Below are positions 1 through 8,610 of a stretch of DNA of 64,000 nt, in pieces; position 1 is the stretch's first letter; each line of letters starts with the position of its first letter. Source of the DNA: an uncultured Verrucomicrobiae bacterium (GTDB lineage Bacteria; Verrucomicrobiota; Verrucomicrobiia; Chthoniobacterales; Chthoniobacteraceae); assembly GCA_963769025.1 (NCBI GenBank), contig CAVYKI010000010.1, positions 192,001-256,000 of the forward strand. The letters run 5' to 3'. The notes beneath the pieces are model-generated. The model was given only the letters and a program-made list of their open reading frames with translations. It made no database searches and had not been told where the DNA came from. The position numbers and the translations under genes were made by a program.

Positions 1-309
1 GGAGATGTTCTCCAAGTCGCCCATGCACCGAAACCCGGCAGCCTCCAGCCGGCGCTGCATGGCGCTGTAGTGGCGCGCGTCCAGCCAGCGGAAGTCCTCC
101 ACGCGGACGGGCGCGAACTCGTGCGGCTCGGAATAGACGGACCGCTGAAGCCCGGTGATTCGTTCAGCCTCACTGGCACTCCTCTGGATCGGAGAAAAGT
201 GAAGCAACGCCCAAAGGCTGAACCCGAGCCACAGCAGGCCCGACCATGGGATCATGCCCGAGGAGAGGGTCCGCTCGACCGCTGCGACGAGGTGCTGAAA
301 GATGTCCAT
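1..309 (-). CDS. Hypothetical membrane-anchored protein, 3' end truncated by the window edge
   Basis: Not in the ORF track because it has no stop in the window. Manual translation from ATG 309: MDIFQHLVAAVERTLSSGMIPWSGLLWLGFSLWALLHFSPIQRSASEAERITGLQRSVYSEPHEFAPVRVEDFRWLDARHYSAMQRRLEAAGFRCMGDLENIS. One hydrophobic segment; the + strand ORF 70..423 reads like its antisense shadow. Confidence 0.6.
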   Translation of the reverse strand, partial: MDIFQHLVAAVERTLSSGMIPWSGLLWLGFSLWALLHFSPIQRSASEAERITGLQRSVYSEPHEFAPVRVEDFRWLDARHYSAMQRRLEAAGFRCMGDLENIS

Positions 310-515
310 GCCCTTTGGAGAGCAGCAGCCGTTCCCGACACCGCCGGCGGGCGGAAACGCAGCCCCGGGATTCGCTTCCGAACCTCCCATTCCCGCAGCG
401 CGACGGGCAGGTTTTTTCGCTAAGAAGGAACGGGTGGGAATGCTTCACAAAGACGCCATCGTGCCACCCTCGCGGGCGGTCCATCGTCACCTCCGAAAAA
501 AGCAGCCATTTCGAA

Positions 516-1610
516 ATGAAGAAATTCCTGAGCATCGCAATCATCATCGCCCTCGCAGGCGGAGGTTACTTCGCGAAGACGCGGGAGTGGTTTGGCCTTT
601 TCCAGAGCTCGACCGAACCGGCGCACGAAGACGTGCCGACGGTGCTCGCCGAAAAGAAGGACATCGAGTTTTCCATCCAGGTCAGCGGCGACGTGATGCC
701 GGACACGCAGCTGGATGTGAAGACGCAGGTCGGCGGGCTCATCAAGGCGCTGCACGTGGAGCCGGGCGACCTCGTGAAGGCGGGCGACCTGCTCGTGGAA
801 ATCGACGACCGGGACATCCTCAGCGAGCAGGCTTCCGCGAAGACGGAGATCGACGGGGCGACGCTGTCGGTGACGAAGGCGGAGCGCAATTTCGAGCGGG
901 CCAAGGATCTCTTCGATGCGAAGCTCATCAGCCATGAGGCATTCGACAACCTGTCCTCGGAACTCGACATCGCGCGCAACACGCTCCTGAAGTCCGAGCG
1001 GAAGATGCAGCTCGTGGAGGACAAGCTTTCCAAGACCAAGGTGATCGCGCCGGCGGACGGCACAGTGCTGACGGTGCCGGTGGTCGAGGGGCAGGTGGCC
1101 ATCGCCGCGGCGAGCGTGAACAGCGGCACGACGCTGATGAGCATTGCGAATCTCGCGAAGCTCATCGTCGAGACGCACGTGAACCAGGTCGATGTCTCGA
1201 AGCTCGAGATGAAGCAGCGCGTGAAGCTGCTCGCCGAGTCGCTGCGGGACGCCGAGATGCAGGCGGAGATCATGTTCATCGCGCCCGTCGCGACGATCCG
1301 GAACGGCATCAAGGGATTCACCGTGCGCGCCGCGATCGAGCAGGTCACGGCGCGGATGCGCCCGGGCATGACCGTCCAGATGACCATCCCTGTCGCTCAT
1401 GCGGGCGATGCGGTGTCGGTGCCGATTTCGGCGGTGTTCAAGGGCTCCGGCAATTCCCGCGTGGTCTATGTCCGCAAGGGCGCGAAGACCGAAAAACGCC
1501 CGGTGAAGATCGGCGTCTCGAACACCGAGAGCGCACAGATTTTGCAAGGAGTGCTCGTGGGCGAGGAGATCCTGCTCGACGAACCGGATCGGGCACAAAA
1601 GCGCGGCTAG
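516..1610 (+). CDS. Efflux transporter periplasmic adaptor subunit (MacA/HlyD family)
   Basis: Start reassigned to MKKFLSIAIIIALAGGGYF (N-terminal anchor). Lipoyl-like halves (VEPGDLVKAGDLLVEID; IAPADGTVL), an alpha hairpin and an RPGMT motif. Confidence 0.92.
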   Translation: MKKFLSIAIIIALAGGGYFAKTREWFGLFQSSTEPAHEDVPTVLAEKKDIEFSIQVSGDVMPDTQLDVKTQVGGLIKALHVEPGDLVKAGDLLVEIDDRDILSEQASAKTEIDGATLSVTKAERNFERAKDLFDAKLISHEAFDNLSSELDIARNTLLKSERKMQLVEDKLSKTKVIAPADGTVLTVPVVEGQVAIAAASVNSGTTLMSIANLAKLIVETHVNQVDVSKLEMKQRVKLLAESLRDAEMQAEIMFIAPVATIRNGIKGFTVRAAIEQVTARMRPGMTVQMTIPVAHAGDAVSVPISAVFKGSGNSRVVYVRKGAKTEKRPVKIGVSNTESAQILQGVLVGEEILLDEPDRAQKRG

Positions 1611-2339
1611 ATGGCGCTGATAGAGCTTAGCGAGGTCACCAAACGCTACCGGGTGGGCGACCAGGAGATTCGCGCGCTCGACGGCATCACGCTGTCGATC
1701 GAACAGGGCGAATACGCGGCCATCATCGGCCCGAGCGGCAGCGGCAAGAGCACGCTCATGCACCTGCTCGGCTGCCTCGACATCCCGAGCACCGGGAAGG
1801 TCATCATCGACGGCACGGACGTCTCGCGCGCCTCCGACGGAAAGCTGGCGGAGATGCGCAATGCGAAGATCGGCTTCGTATTCCAGTCCTTCAATCTTCT
1901 CGCGAAGTTCACCGTCCTCGAAAACGTCGAGCTTCCGATGATCTATTCCGGCGTCTCGAAAAAGGAACGCCGTGAGAGGGCCGTGGCCGCCGTCGAGCGC
2001 GTCGGGCTCATGGAACGGGCAAAGAACACACCCCTCCAGCTTTCCGGTGGGCAGATGCAGCGCGTGGCCATCGCGCGCGCGCTGGTGAACGATCCGAAAA
2101 TCGTCTTCGCCGACGAGCCGACGGGCAACCTCGATTCCAACACCGGGGCGAGCATCCTCGAGCTTTTCCGCGAACTCAGCCAGCAAGGCCGCACCATCGT
2201 GCTGGTGACGCACGACAACGAAATCGCCGAGAACGCCCCCCGCCGCATCGAAATCCGCGACGGGAAGATCGTGAACCGCTCAGTGGCTCTGCAAAGCGGC
2301 ATCCACGCCGCGCCGCCGGCCCCGGAGCCTGCCGCATGA
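1611..2339 (+). CDS. ABC transporter ATP-binding protein (MacB/LolD family)
   Basis: Walker [10 protein letters not shown], signature [15 protein letters not shown], Walker B/D-loop [11 protein letters not shown]-loop VTHD. Confidence 0.95.
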   Translation: MALIELSEVTKRYRVGDQEIRALDGITLSIEQGEYAAIIGPSGSGKSTLMHLLGCLDIPSTGKVIIDGTDVSRASDGKLAEMRNAKIGFVFQSFNLLAKFTVLENVELPMIYSGVSKKERRERAVAAVERVGLMERAKNTPLQLSGGQMQRVAIARALVNDPKIVFADEPTGNLDSNTGASILELFRELSQQGRTIVLVTHDNEIAENAPRRIEIRDGKIVNRSVALQSGIHAAPPAPEPAA

Positions 2340-3655
2340 ACTTCTGGAACAGCATCTTGGTCGGGCTCAGGGAAATCTGGTCCCACAAATTCCGGAGCTT
2401 CCTGACGATGCTCGGTGTCATCCTCGGCGTCGCGAGTCTGCTGTCCACGTTCGCGCTCACGGACGGGATGGCGAAAGCCTCGCGCGAGTACATGACGCAG
2501 ATGGGCGGCGTCGAACGCATCAACGTGATGGCGCAGGAAGTGCCGCAGGAGCAGTTGCTCCTCGCCGACACTTCGCCCGGCCGCACGGTCCAGGACGCGG
2601 AGCTCATCCAGCGCTCGGCGAAGCACGTCAGCCTCGTCACGCCCTGGTACACGCAGTTTGTCCCGCTCGTGAGGAAAAGCGAAAGACTCCGCGCCTACAT
2701 CTACGGCGTGTGGCCCGATTACGTGCCCATCAACCGCCACGTGGTCGAATACGGGCGGAACATCACCCAGCTCGATCTGGATGAAGGGCGCGCCGTCTGC
2801 GTCATCGGCACGCGCATCATCGAGCAGCTCTGGCCGGAAAAGCCGAACGCAAAGCCCTTGGGGGAGACCCTCCTCATCAACGGCAAGCCGTTCAAGATCG
2901 TCGGATTATTCCAGCACTACGAGAATGAGGACGCACGCGCCGCACGGCTGAAGGGAACGAAGTCGCCCGTCCTGATGCGCAAAGGGAAGTCGTACAATCC
3001 CTACAACGTCAAAAACAGCACGGTGATCATCCCCTTCGACACCTTTTACTATGAGTACCGGGCCGCGAATGTCGTGGGCCTGATCGATCAGGGACCCATT
3101 CAGAAGGTGGACGGCCTCACCATCCAGGCCACGGACGCGCAGCACGTGCAGGACGCCATTGACGAAGTCTCCAGCCTCATGCTGCAAAATCACCGCGGCG
3201 TGGAGGACTTCACCTTCGACACGCGGCAGGAGCTCGCCGAGAGCATCGAGAAAACCGCGCGCAACACCCGGCTCACCGGCGGGCTCATCGCCGGCATCAG
3301 CCTCATCGTCGGCGGAATCGGCATCACGAACATCATGCTCGCGAGCATCACCGAGCGCATCCGCGAGATCGGCGTGCGCCGCGCCATCGGTGCAAAGTCA
3401 CGGCATATCTTCACCCAGATCCTCGTCGAGAGCACCGTGATCGGGATCATCGGCGGTTTCCTCGGCCTCATCGCCGCGCTGGGGATGACGCACCTGATCC
3501 AATTCACCACCGACGGCGCGAGCCTGCCCGTCATCCAGATGTCCAGCGTCGTGCTCAGCTTCGGCTTCGCCGTCGCGATCGGCGTCTTCAGCGGGATCTA
3601 TCCCGCCTGGAGCGCAAGCCGCATCGCCCCGATCGAGGCCCTGCGCTACGGCTAG
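2336..3655 (+). CDS. ABC transporter permease (MacB/FtsX family)
   Basis: [18 protein letters not shown]-terminus, a large periplasmic domain, [28 protein letters not shown] and C-terminal PIEALRY. ATGA overlap with the ATPase. Confidence 0.93.
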   Translation: MNFWNSILVGLREIWSHKFRSFLTMLGVILGVASLLSTFALTDGMAKASREYMTQMGGVERINVMAQEVPQEQLLLADTSPGRTVQDAELIQRSAKHVSLVTPWYTQFVPLVRKSERLRAYIYGVWPDYVPINRHVVEYGRNITQLDLDEGRAVCVIGTRIIEQLWPEKPNAKPLGETLLINGKPFKIVGLFQHYENEDARAARLKGTKSPVLMRKGKSYNPYNVKNSTVIIPFDTFYYEYRAANVVGLIDQGPIQKVDGLTIQATDAQHVQDAIDEVSSLMLQNHRGVEDFTFDTRQELAESIEKTARNTRLTGGLIAGISLIVGGIGITNIMLASITERIREIGVRRAIGAKSRHIFTQILVESTVIGIIGGFLGLIAALGMTHLIQFTTDGASLPVIQMSSVVLSFGFAVAIGVFSGIYPAWSASRIAPIEALRYG

Positions 3656-3659
3656 CCGC

Positions 3660-4175
3660 TCAGGGCTTCACTTCGAAGACGACGATCAGCTGGCCGCGCG
3701 CATGCATCGGGCCGCGGATGAAGAGCGGGCTCTTCGGGCCGAGCATGGCCTCGGTCTGGAGGATGCGGCGGTTGTCGTGGAAGAATTCCATCTTTAGCCG
3801 GTACTTTTCGCCCTCGCGTGTCGTCTTCGCACAGACCCAGAAATTCCGGGTCGGCACCAGCCATCGCTCGGTCTGCCCGTCCATGTTCCTCGTGGCGGAA
3901 CCGAGCACCTCGAACTGATCGTAGCCGAAGAATTTGGAGAGCTTCGCGACGTAGGGAGCGAGCTCCGGCGCGACCTCCGCAGGACGCCCGCCCTTGCTCA
4001 CATTGCTCGCGAGGACCACGGCGCTCCATACCTTTTCCCGCACCTCGGCCCCACCGGGCCACGTGAATCCGAGCGGCTTTTTTGCTTCCATGTGCGCCGG
4101 AGGCTGCGCCACCGCACCGGCGGCTGCCATGAACGTGCCTGCGAGCGCAATGAATGGGGCCTTACTGCAGCACAT
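3660..4175 (-). CDS. Hypothetical exported protein, last gene of the ECF sigma module
   Basis: Likely start MCCSKAPFIALAGTFMAAAGAVAQ (signal-peptide-like), overlapping the anti-sigma stop by 14 nt; beta-rich mature region. Confidence 0.65.
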   Translation of the reverse strand: MCCSKAPFIALAGTFMAAAGAVAQPPAHMEAKKPLGFTWPGGAEVREKVWSAVVLASNVSKGGRPAEVAPELAPYVAKLSKFFGYDQFEVLGSATRNMDGQTERWLVPTRNFWVCAKTTREGEKYRLKMEFFHDNRRILQTEAMLGPKSPLFIRGPMHARGQLIVVFEVKP

Positions 4176-4659
4176 AGTCGTCGGGGAGCTGGTCGAGGCC
4201 GTCGATCCAGACGACTGCGAGGCCATCGGCATCGAGCACGGTCGCGGCGAGCAAATCGTCGCCCGCCTCCACCGAAACCACCTCGGCGACGTAACGGTTC
4301 GGCTTCGCGTCATGACCGCTCACAAACAGCGCATAAATCGCCCCGGCAATGACGAGGCACGTCGCGCTGGCAAAGGCGAGCCGCCAGAGCGGCCAGAGCG
4401 CGCGCGCCGGCTTCGGGGCCGCCGCGGGAGTCGGGGAGATTTCGCGCAGGATGCGTTCGTTGAAAAAGTCGGCGTTGCGCAGCTTCGGCGCCGGCGAGTG
4501 CAGCCGCACGGCACCCATGAGCCGCGTGTGCAATTCGCGCTCGGCGACGGCATCGGGTTGCTCGCGTTCGAATGCGGCGGCGTCCTCCGGGGAAAGCATC
4601 CCGTCGAGGTATGCCGTCCATTTCTCCTCGGGTGAAAGTGGTGGTTCAGAGCTGGTCAT
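4162..4659 (-). CDS. Putative transmembrane anti-sigma factor
   Basis: Directly follows the ECF sigma. N-terminal TAYLDGMLSPEDAAAFE resembles an anti-sigma domain, followed by one TM helix (LAFASATCLVIAGAIYALFV) and a short periplasmic tail. Confidence 0.8.
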   Translation of the reverse strand: MTSSEPPLSPEEKWTAYLDGMLSPEDAAAFEREQPDAVAERELHTRLMGAVRLHSPAPKLRNADFFNERILREISPTPAAAPKPARALWPLWRLAFASATCLVIAGAIYALFVSGHDAKPNRYVAEVVSVEAGDDLLAATVLDADGLAVVWIDGLDQLPDDYVLQ

Positions 4660-5284
4660 GGACGTCGCGGAGCAAGGTTTGAAGTTTGCGGCGGGCGTAG
4701 AACAGGCGGGACATCACGGTGCCGATCGAGCACCCGATGGCGTCGGCGATTTCCTGATATTCCATCCCGTCGAGTTCGCGCATGACGATGACCGCGCGGT
4801 GCTCGTCGCTGAGCTTTGCGATGGCGGCATCCACGCGCACCCGGATTTCCTGATCCGCGAGCCGCGTCGCGGGTTCCACGGTGGCCTGCGGGGCGGTAAC
4901 GGCACCCGGCGCGATGCCGGAGAGGCCAATCGTGTCGTCGAATTCCTGCCCGCCCGCGATCCGCTTTTTGCGCAGCCAGTCGAGCGTCACGTTGGTCATG
5001 ATGCGATACAGCCACGTGAAGAACGAGGACTGCCCGCGGAAGTTCGCCAGACTGCGCCACGCGCGCACGAAGCCGTCCTGGGCGAGGTCCCAGGCGTCGT
5101 CTTCGTTTCTGACCATCTGGTATATCATGGCAAAGCAGCGTTGGCGGTGGCGGGTGACAAGTTGATCGAATGCCTGAGTGTCTCCCTCCCGGCACCTTGC
5201 GACCAAATCAACGTCGCTTGGCCCTTCAGCGGGGACATCGGCTTCCAGTTTTGACGGAGAATCGTTCAATCTATTCACTTCCAC
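4646..5284 (-). CDS. RNA polymerase ECF sigma-70 factor (RpoE/SigW-like)
   Basis: Region 2 (DAWDLAQDGFVRAWRSLANFRGQSSFFTWLYRI) and region 4 (MEYQEIADAIGCSIGTVMSRLFYARRKL). Exact start uncertain. Confidence 0.93.
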   Translation of the reverse strand: MEVNRLNDSPSKLEADVPAEGPSDVDLVARCREGDTQAFDQLVTRHRQRCFAMIYQMVRNEDDAWDLAQDGFVRAWRSLANFRGQSSFFTWLYRIMTNVTLDWLRKKRIAGGQEFDDTIGLSGIAPGAVTAPQATVEPATRLADQEIRVRVDAAIAKLSDEHRAVIVMRELDGMEYQEIADAIGCSIGTVMSRLFYARRKLQTLLRDVHDQL

Positions 5285-5298
5285 CCGGTTTCCCGGAC

Positions 5299-5955
5299 CT
5301 ACCGCCTGCCGTGGCGACGGCGGAATTCGGAACGGTATTCGCCCATGGTGGTGACAATGCCGTCCCGGATCGAAAAGATCCGCGACCGGAGCACCTCGAA
5401 ACGCGCCGTCTTGATCAGCCCTTCCTTTTTCATCGCCACCGCGGAATCCAATGCGCTGGTGAGCGCACGGAGCCCGCGCTTGAGATACGCGATGCTCATC
5501 CCGAGTTCGTCGATGTCATCGTCATTCAGCGCCGCCGCGAGCTTGGCCGCCGCCAGGGTGGCCTGGCCGTGAAGTTCGCTCACCGCGGGATGCTCGCGCA
5601 CCGATTCCTCCACGCCTGCGAACATCTCATCCAGCTCCGCGGTAAACGCGATGGCCTGCCGGTAAAGCGGGTGGCGCTCAAAGGGAAACGTGGGCTGCCC
5701 CGTCTCGCCCGCTGGGTCGCCCGACTCCGATTCCTCGCCTTCAAAGGACGACTCGACCTCATCCTCCCACTCGCGGGAATCGCCGTCGATCAGATGTGTC
5801 CAGCCCATCTCACGGGCGATGATCGCGTCACGGTCCGGGTGGTCCATGTACTTCTCGATCAGGCCCATGTATTTTTCGGTGCGACGCTCCTGCTCCTGGA
5901 GGAAGCGCTCCCAGTCGTATTCGTCCCAACAATTGTCGGAGTGGTTGTCCGCCAT
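5299..5955 (-). CDS. Hypothetical protein: acidic N-terminus plus helical (four-helix-bundle-like) C-terminus
   Basis: Start MADNHSDNCWDEYDWERFL; normal codon usage; ends 14 bp before the sigma gene. Confidence 0.75.
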   Translation of the reverse strand: MADNHSDNCWDEYDWERFLQEQERRTEKYMGLIEKYMDHPDRDAIIAREMGWTHLIDGDSREWEDEVESSFEGEESESGDPAGETGQPTFPFERHPLYRQAIAFTAELDEMFAGVEESVREHPAVSELHGQATLAAAKLAAALNDDDIDELGMSIAYLKRGLRALTSALDSAVAMKKEGLIKTARFEVLRSRIFSIRDGIVTTMGEYRSEFRRRHGRR

Positions 5956-6011
5956 ACGACATTTACGTAGCCCGCCCCGCCCGTTTTCGCAAACGGGAAT
6001 CTTCACCCTCC

Positions 6012-6040
6012 TTGTCTTTCACTCCGCCGCCGTTTAGCGT
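6012..6040 (+). promoter_or_regulatory. Sigma70-type promoter for the DUF151 gene (probably leaderless)
   Basis: TTGTCT (6012-6017), 17 nt, TAGCGT (6035-6040), 7 nt, ATG (6048). Confidence 0.55.
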
Positions 6041-6047
6041 GATTCGC

Positions 6048-6498
6048 ATGAGCAAACAGGTCGTCCCCGTCCAGATCCGGGCCATCCTTCCGTACAACAA
6101 CGGGCGGGCGGTTTTCGTGGGCAATGAACACAAGGTCTTCGTCATCTACGTGGACGAATCCGTGGGCGCGGCCATCGGGATGTTCATGAACAAGACGCCC
6201 GAAGGAGCGCCCCCTCACGCACGACCTCATGGCGCACCTCCTCGCCGCGCTGGGCGCCAGGGTGGACCGCGTCATCATCAACGATCTGAAGAGCGAGACC
6301 TACTTTGCCCGCCTCATCATCAGCGCGGAAAATGAGCTGCATTCGCGGAAAATCATCGAACTCGACGGCCGGCCGAGCGACTGCATCGCGCTCGCCGTGC
6401 AGCAGGAGGCGCCGATCTACGTCGCCGGCGAAGTGTGGGATGAAGTCGAGGACCGCACCGAAATCCTCAAGAAGATGGAAGAGCAGGGCGAAGGCTGA
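6048..6498 (+). CDS. Bifunctional nuclease family protein (DUF151), one frameshift near 6200
   Basis: MSKQVVPVQIRAIL...IYVDESVGAAI in one frame, then ERPLTHDLM...YFARLII...LDGRPSDCIALA in the next. Removing one C in ACGCCCGAAG restores the frame. Confidence 0.88.
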
Positions 6499-6509
6499 CG
6501 GGGCCGGAA

Positions 6510-6965
6510 TCAGCGGACGGACAACTGGCGGACGGCCTCGTAGAGCACGATGCCAACGGAGGTCGCGAGGTTCAGCGAGCGCGTGCTGCCGGACATGGGA
6601 ATGGTGAGACAGTCGCCCGCCCTCGCGGCGAGCAGCGACTCGGGCAGCCCTTTCGTCTCCCGGCCGAAGACGAGGAAATCGCCATCCCGGAACTGCGCAT
6701 CCCAATACGAGCGCGTGGCCTTCGTGGTCAGAAAAAAGAAGCGCTGCCCAGGTTGCGATGCAGCGAAAATTTCCTCCAGCGAATCCCACAGCGTCACATC
6801 CACCTCCCGCCAGTAGTCCAGCCCCGCGCGGCGCACCGCGCGATCATCCAGCGAAAAGCCGAGCGGCTTCACGAGATGCAGCCGGCTGCCGGTGGCGAGG
6901 CACAGCCGGCCGACGTTGCCCGTGTTCGGCGGGATTTCAGGTTCGACGAGGACGATATTCAGCAT
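6510..6965 (-). CDS. trmL: tRNA (cytidine/uridine-34-2'-O)-methyltransferase
   Basis: MLNIVLVEPEIPPNTGNVGRLC, RRAGLDYW, FGRETKGLP and RSLNLATSVGI SPOUT motifs. Confidence 0.93.
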   Translation of the reverse strand: MLNIVLVEPEIPPNTGNVGRLCLATGSRLHLVKPLGFSLDDRAVRRAGLDYWREVDVTLWDSLEEIFAASQPGQRFFFLTTKATRSYWDAQFRDGDFLVFGRETKGLPESLLAARAGDCLTIPMSGSTRSLNLATSVGIVLYEAVRQLSVR

Positions 6966-7041
6966 CGCCGCATCGTCGGCGGGCCGCAGACGATTTGCGA
7001 GCGTGGCAACGCGCATGGCGGCTGCTATGTTTGATCCCCGG

Positions 7042-8601
7042 ATGAACGAACCCAAACTGCCAACGCCGGAGGAGCTCCGGCAAAAGCTGGCCGAATTCAT
7101 GAAGTCGAATTTCGGCGAAAAGGTCTCTGTGCACACGATGCCAGACGAGACCGGAAACGATCCCGTCCCGCCTCAGGACGGCGCGGCGGACATCTTCCGC
7201 TTCCGGCATCAGCCGCGGGAAATCAAGGCGCACCTCGACCGCTTCGTGATCCGGCAGGACGAGGCGAAGAAGGTTTTGGCGATCGCCGTTTGCGACCACT
7301 ACAACCACATCCGCTCCGTCTGCGAAGCGAACGCCGCTCCCGGCCGCGAACTGGAATACGTAAAGCAGAACGTCATCCTCATCGGCCCGACCGGCGTGGG
7401 GAAAACGTATCTCGTCAAACACATCGCGGAGCTCATCGGCGTGCCGTTCGTGAAGGCGGACGCGACCAAGTTCAGTGAGACCGGCTACGTCGGCGGCGAC
7501 GTCGAGGACCTCGTCCGCGAGCTGGTGAAAAAGGCGAACGGCAACGTCCAGCTCGCGCAACTCGGCATCGTGTACGTCGATGAAATCGACAAGATCGCGA
7601 CGACGCACGGCAACGGCGGCCGGGACGTGAGCGGGCGCGGCGTTCAGACGGCGCTGCTCAAGCTCATGGAAGAAACCGAGGTGCCCGTCCGCAGCCAGTC
7701 GGACCTCGCGGGCCAGCTCCGGGCCGTGATGGAAATGCAGCGCACCGGTCACTCGTCGCCCGAGACCATCAACACGAAGAGCATCCTTTTCATCGTGAGC
7801 GGCGCCTTTGACCGGCTGCCGAAGCTCACCGAACGGCGCATGAAAAAGAGCGAGGTCGGATTCAAGGCGCCCAACGCCGCACCGCTGGATGACGACGGCC
7901 TGCTCCGGATGTTTTCCACGGGCGACCTCATCGAGTTTGGCATGGAGCCCGAATTTGTCGGCCGCCTGCCCGTGCGGGTGAGCTGCGACAGCCTCAGCGC
8001 GACGGATCTCTTCGAGGTCATGAAGCGCTCCGAGGGCAGCATCATCCGGCAATACGAGCGCGCGTTCCGCGCCTACGGCGTCGAGGTGCTTTTTGAAGAC
8101 GGTGCCCTGCGCGAGATCGCGCGACTCGCCGCGGATGAAAAGACCGGCGCCCGCGGACTCCTGACGGTGTGCGAACGCATCCTGCGGGATTTCAAATTCG
8201 AGCTGCCGGGGAGCGGCATCGCGCGTTTCAACGTCACGCCGGAACTGATCGCAAACCCGCGCCAGACGCTCCAGCGCCTGCTCAGCGAAGGACACCGCGA
8301 AAAGGCCGAGGCGCTCGCGGCCGTCGCCCGGGAATTTGCGCAGCGCATCTCCGAGCACGTCGGTTTCGCGGTCGAGTTTTCCGAGGACGCCATCGCGCAG
8401 CTCGTCGAGCGCGCGGAAGCGGAAAATGGCCACATGCGCGATCTCTGCGAGCGCCTTTTCAAGGACTACGAATTCGGCCTGCGGCTCGCACGGACCAGCG
8501 CCCCGGGGGAGAGGTTTCTCATCACCGCGGACGCGCTCGTCGATCCGGATCGTTTCCTGAGCGACTGGCTCGTGAAGACCTACCGCAAAAGCCGCGAATA
8601 G
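7042..8601 (+). CDS. ClpX-like AAA+ ATPase lacking the N-terminal zinc-binding domain and carrying a C-terminal extension
   Basis: Walker A GPTGVGKT, pore loop ETGYVGGDVE, Walker B VYVDEIDKI, RDVSGRGVQ, VGF loop, PEFVGRLP and TGARGL. The start could also be 7027. Confidence 0.85.
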   Translation: MNEPKLPTPEELRQKLAEFMKSNFGEKVSVHTMPDETGNDPVPPQDGAADIFRFRHQPREIKAHLDRFVIRQDEAKKVLAIAVCDHYNHIRSVCEANAAPGRELEYVKQNVILIGPTGVGKTYLVKHIAELIGVPFVKADATKFSETGYVGGDVEDLVRELVKKANGNVQLAQLGIVYVDEIDKIATTHGNGGRDVSGRGVQTALLKLMEETEVPVRSQSDLAGQLRAVMEMQRTGHSSPETINTKSILFIVSGAFDRLPKLTERRMKKSEVGFKAPNAAPLDDDGLLRMFSTGDLIEFGMEPEFVGRLPVRVSCDSLSATDLFEVMKRSEGSIIRQYERAFRAYGVEVLFEDGALREIARLAADEKTGARGLLTVCERILRDFKFELPGSGIARFNVTPELIANPRQTLQRLLSEGHREKAEALAAVAREFAQRISEHVGFAVEFSEDAIAQLVERAEAENGHMRDLCERLFKDYEFGLRLARTSAPGERFLITADALVDPDRFLSDWLVKTYRKSRE

Positions 8602-8610
8602 GCGGCGGGC

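Noticed and set aside
420..2213. 597-aa minus-strand ORF
   Set aside because: Antisense shadow of the MacAB-like genes, typical of high-GC codon bias; no independent motifs.
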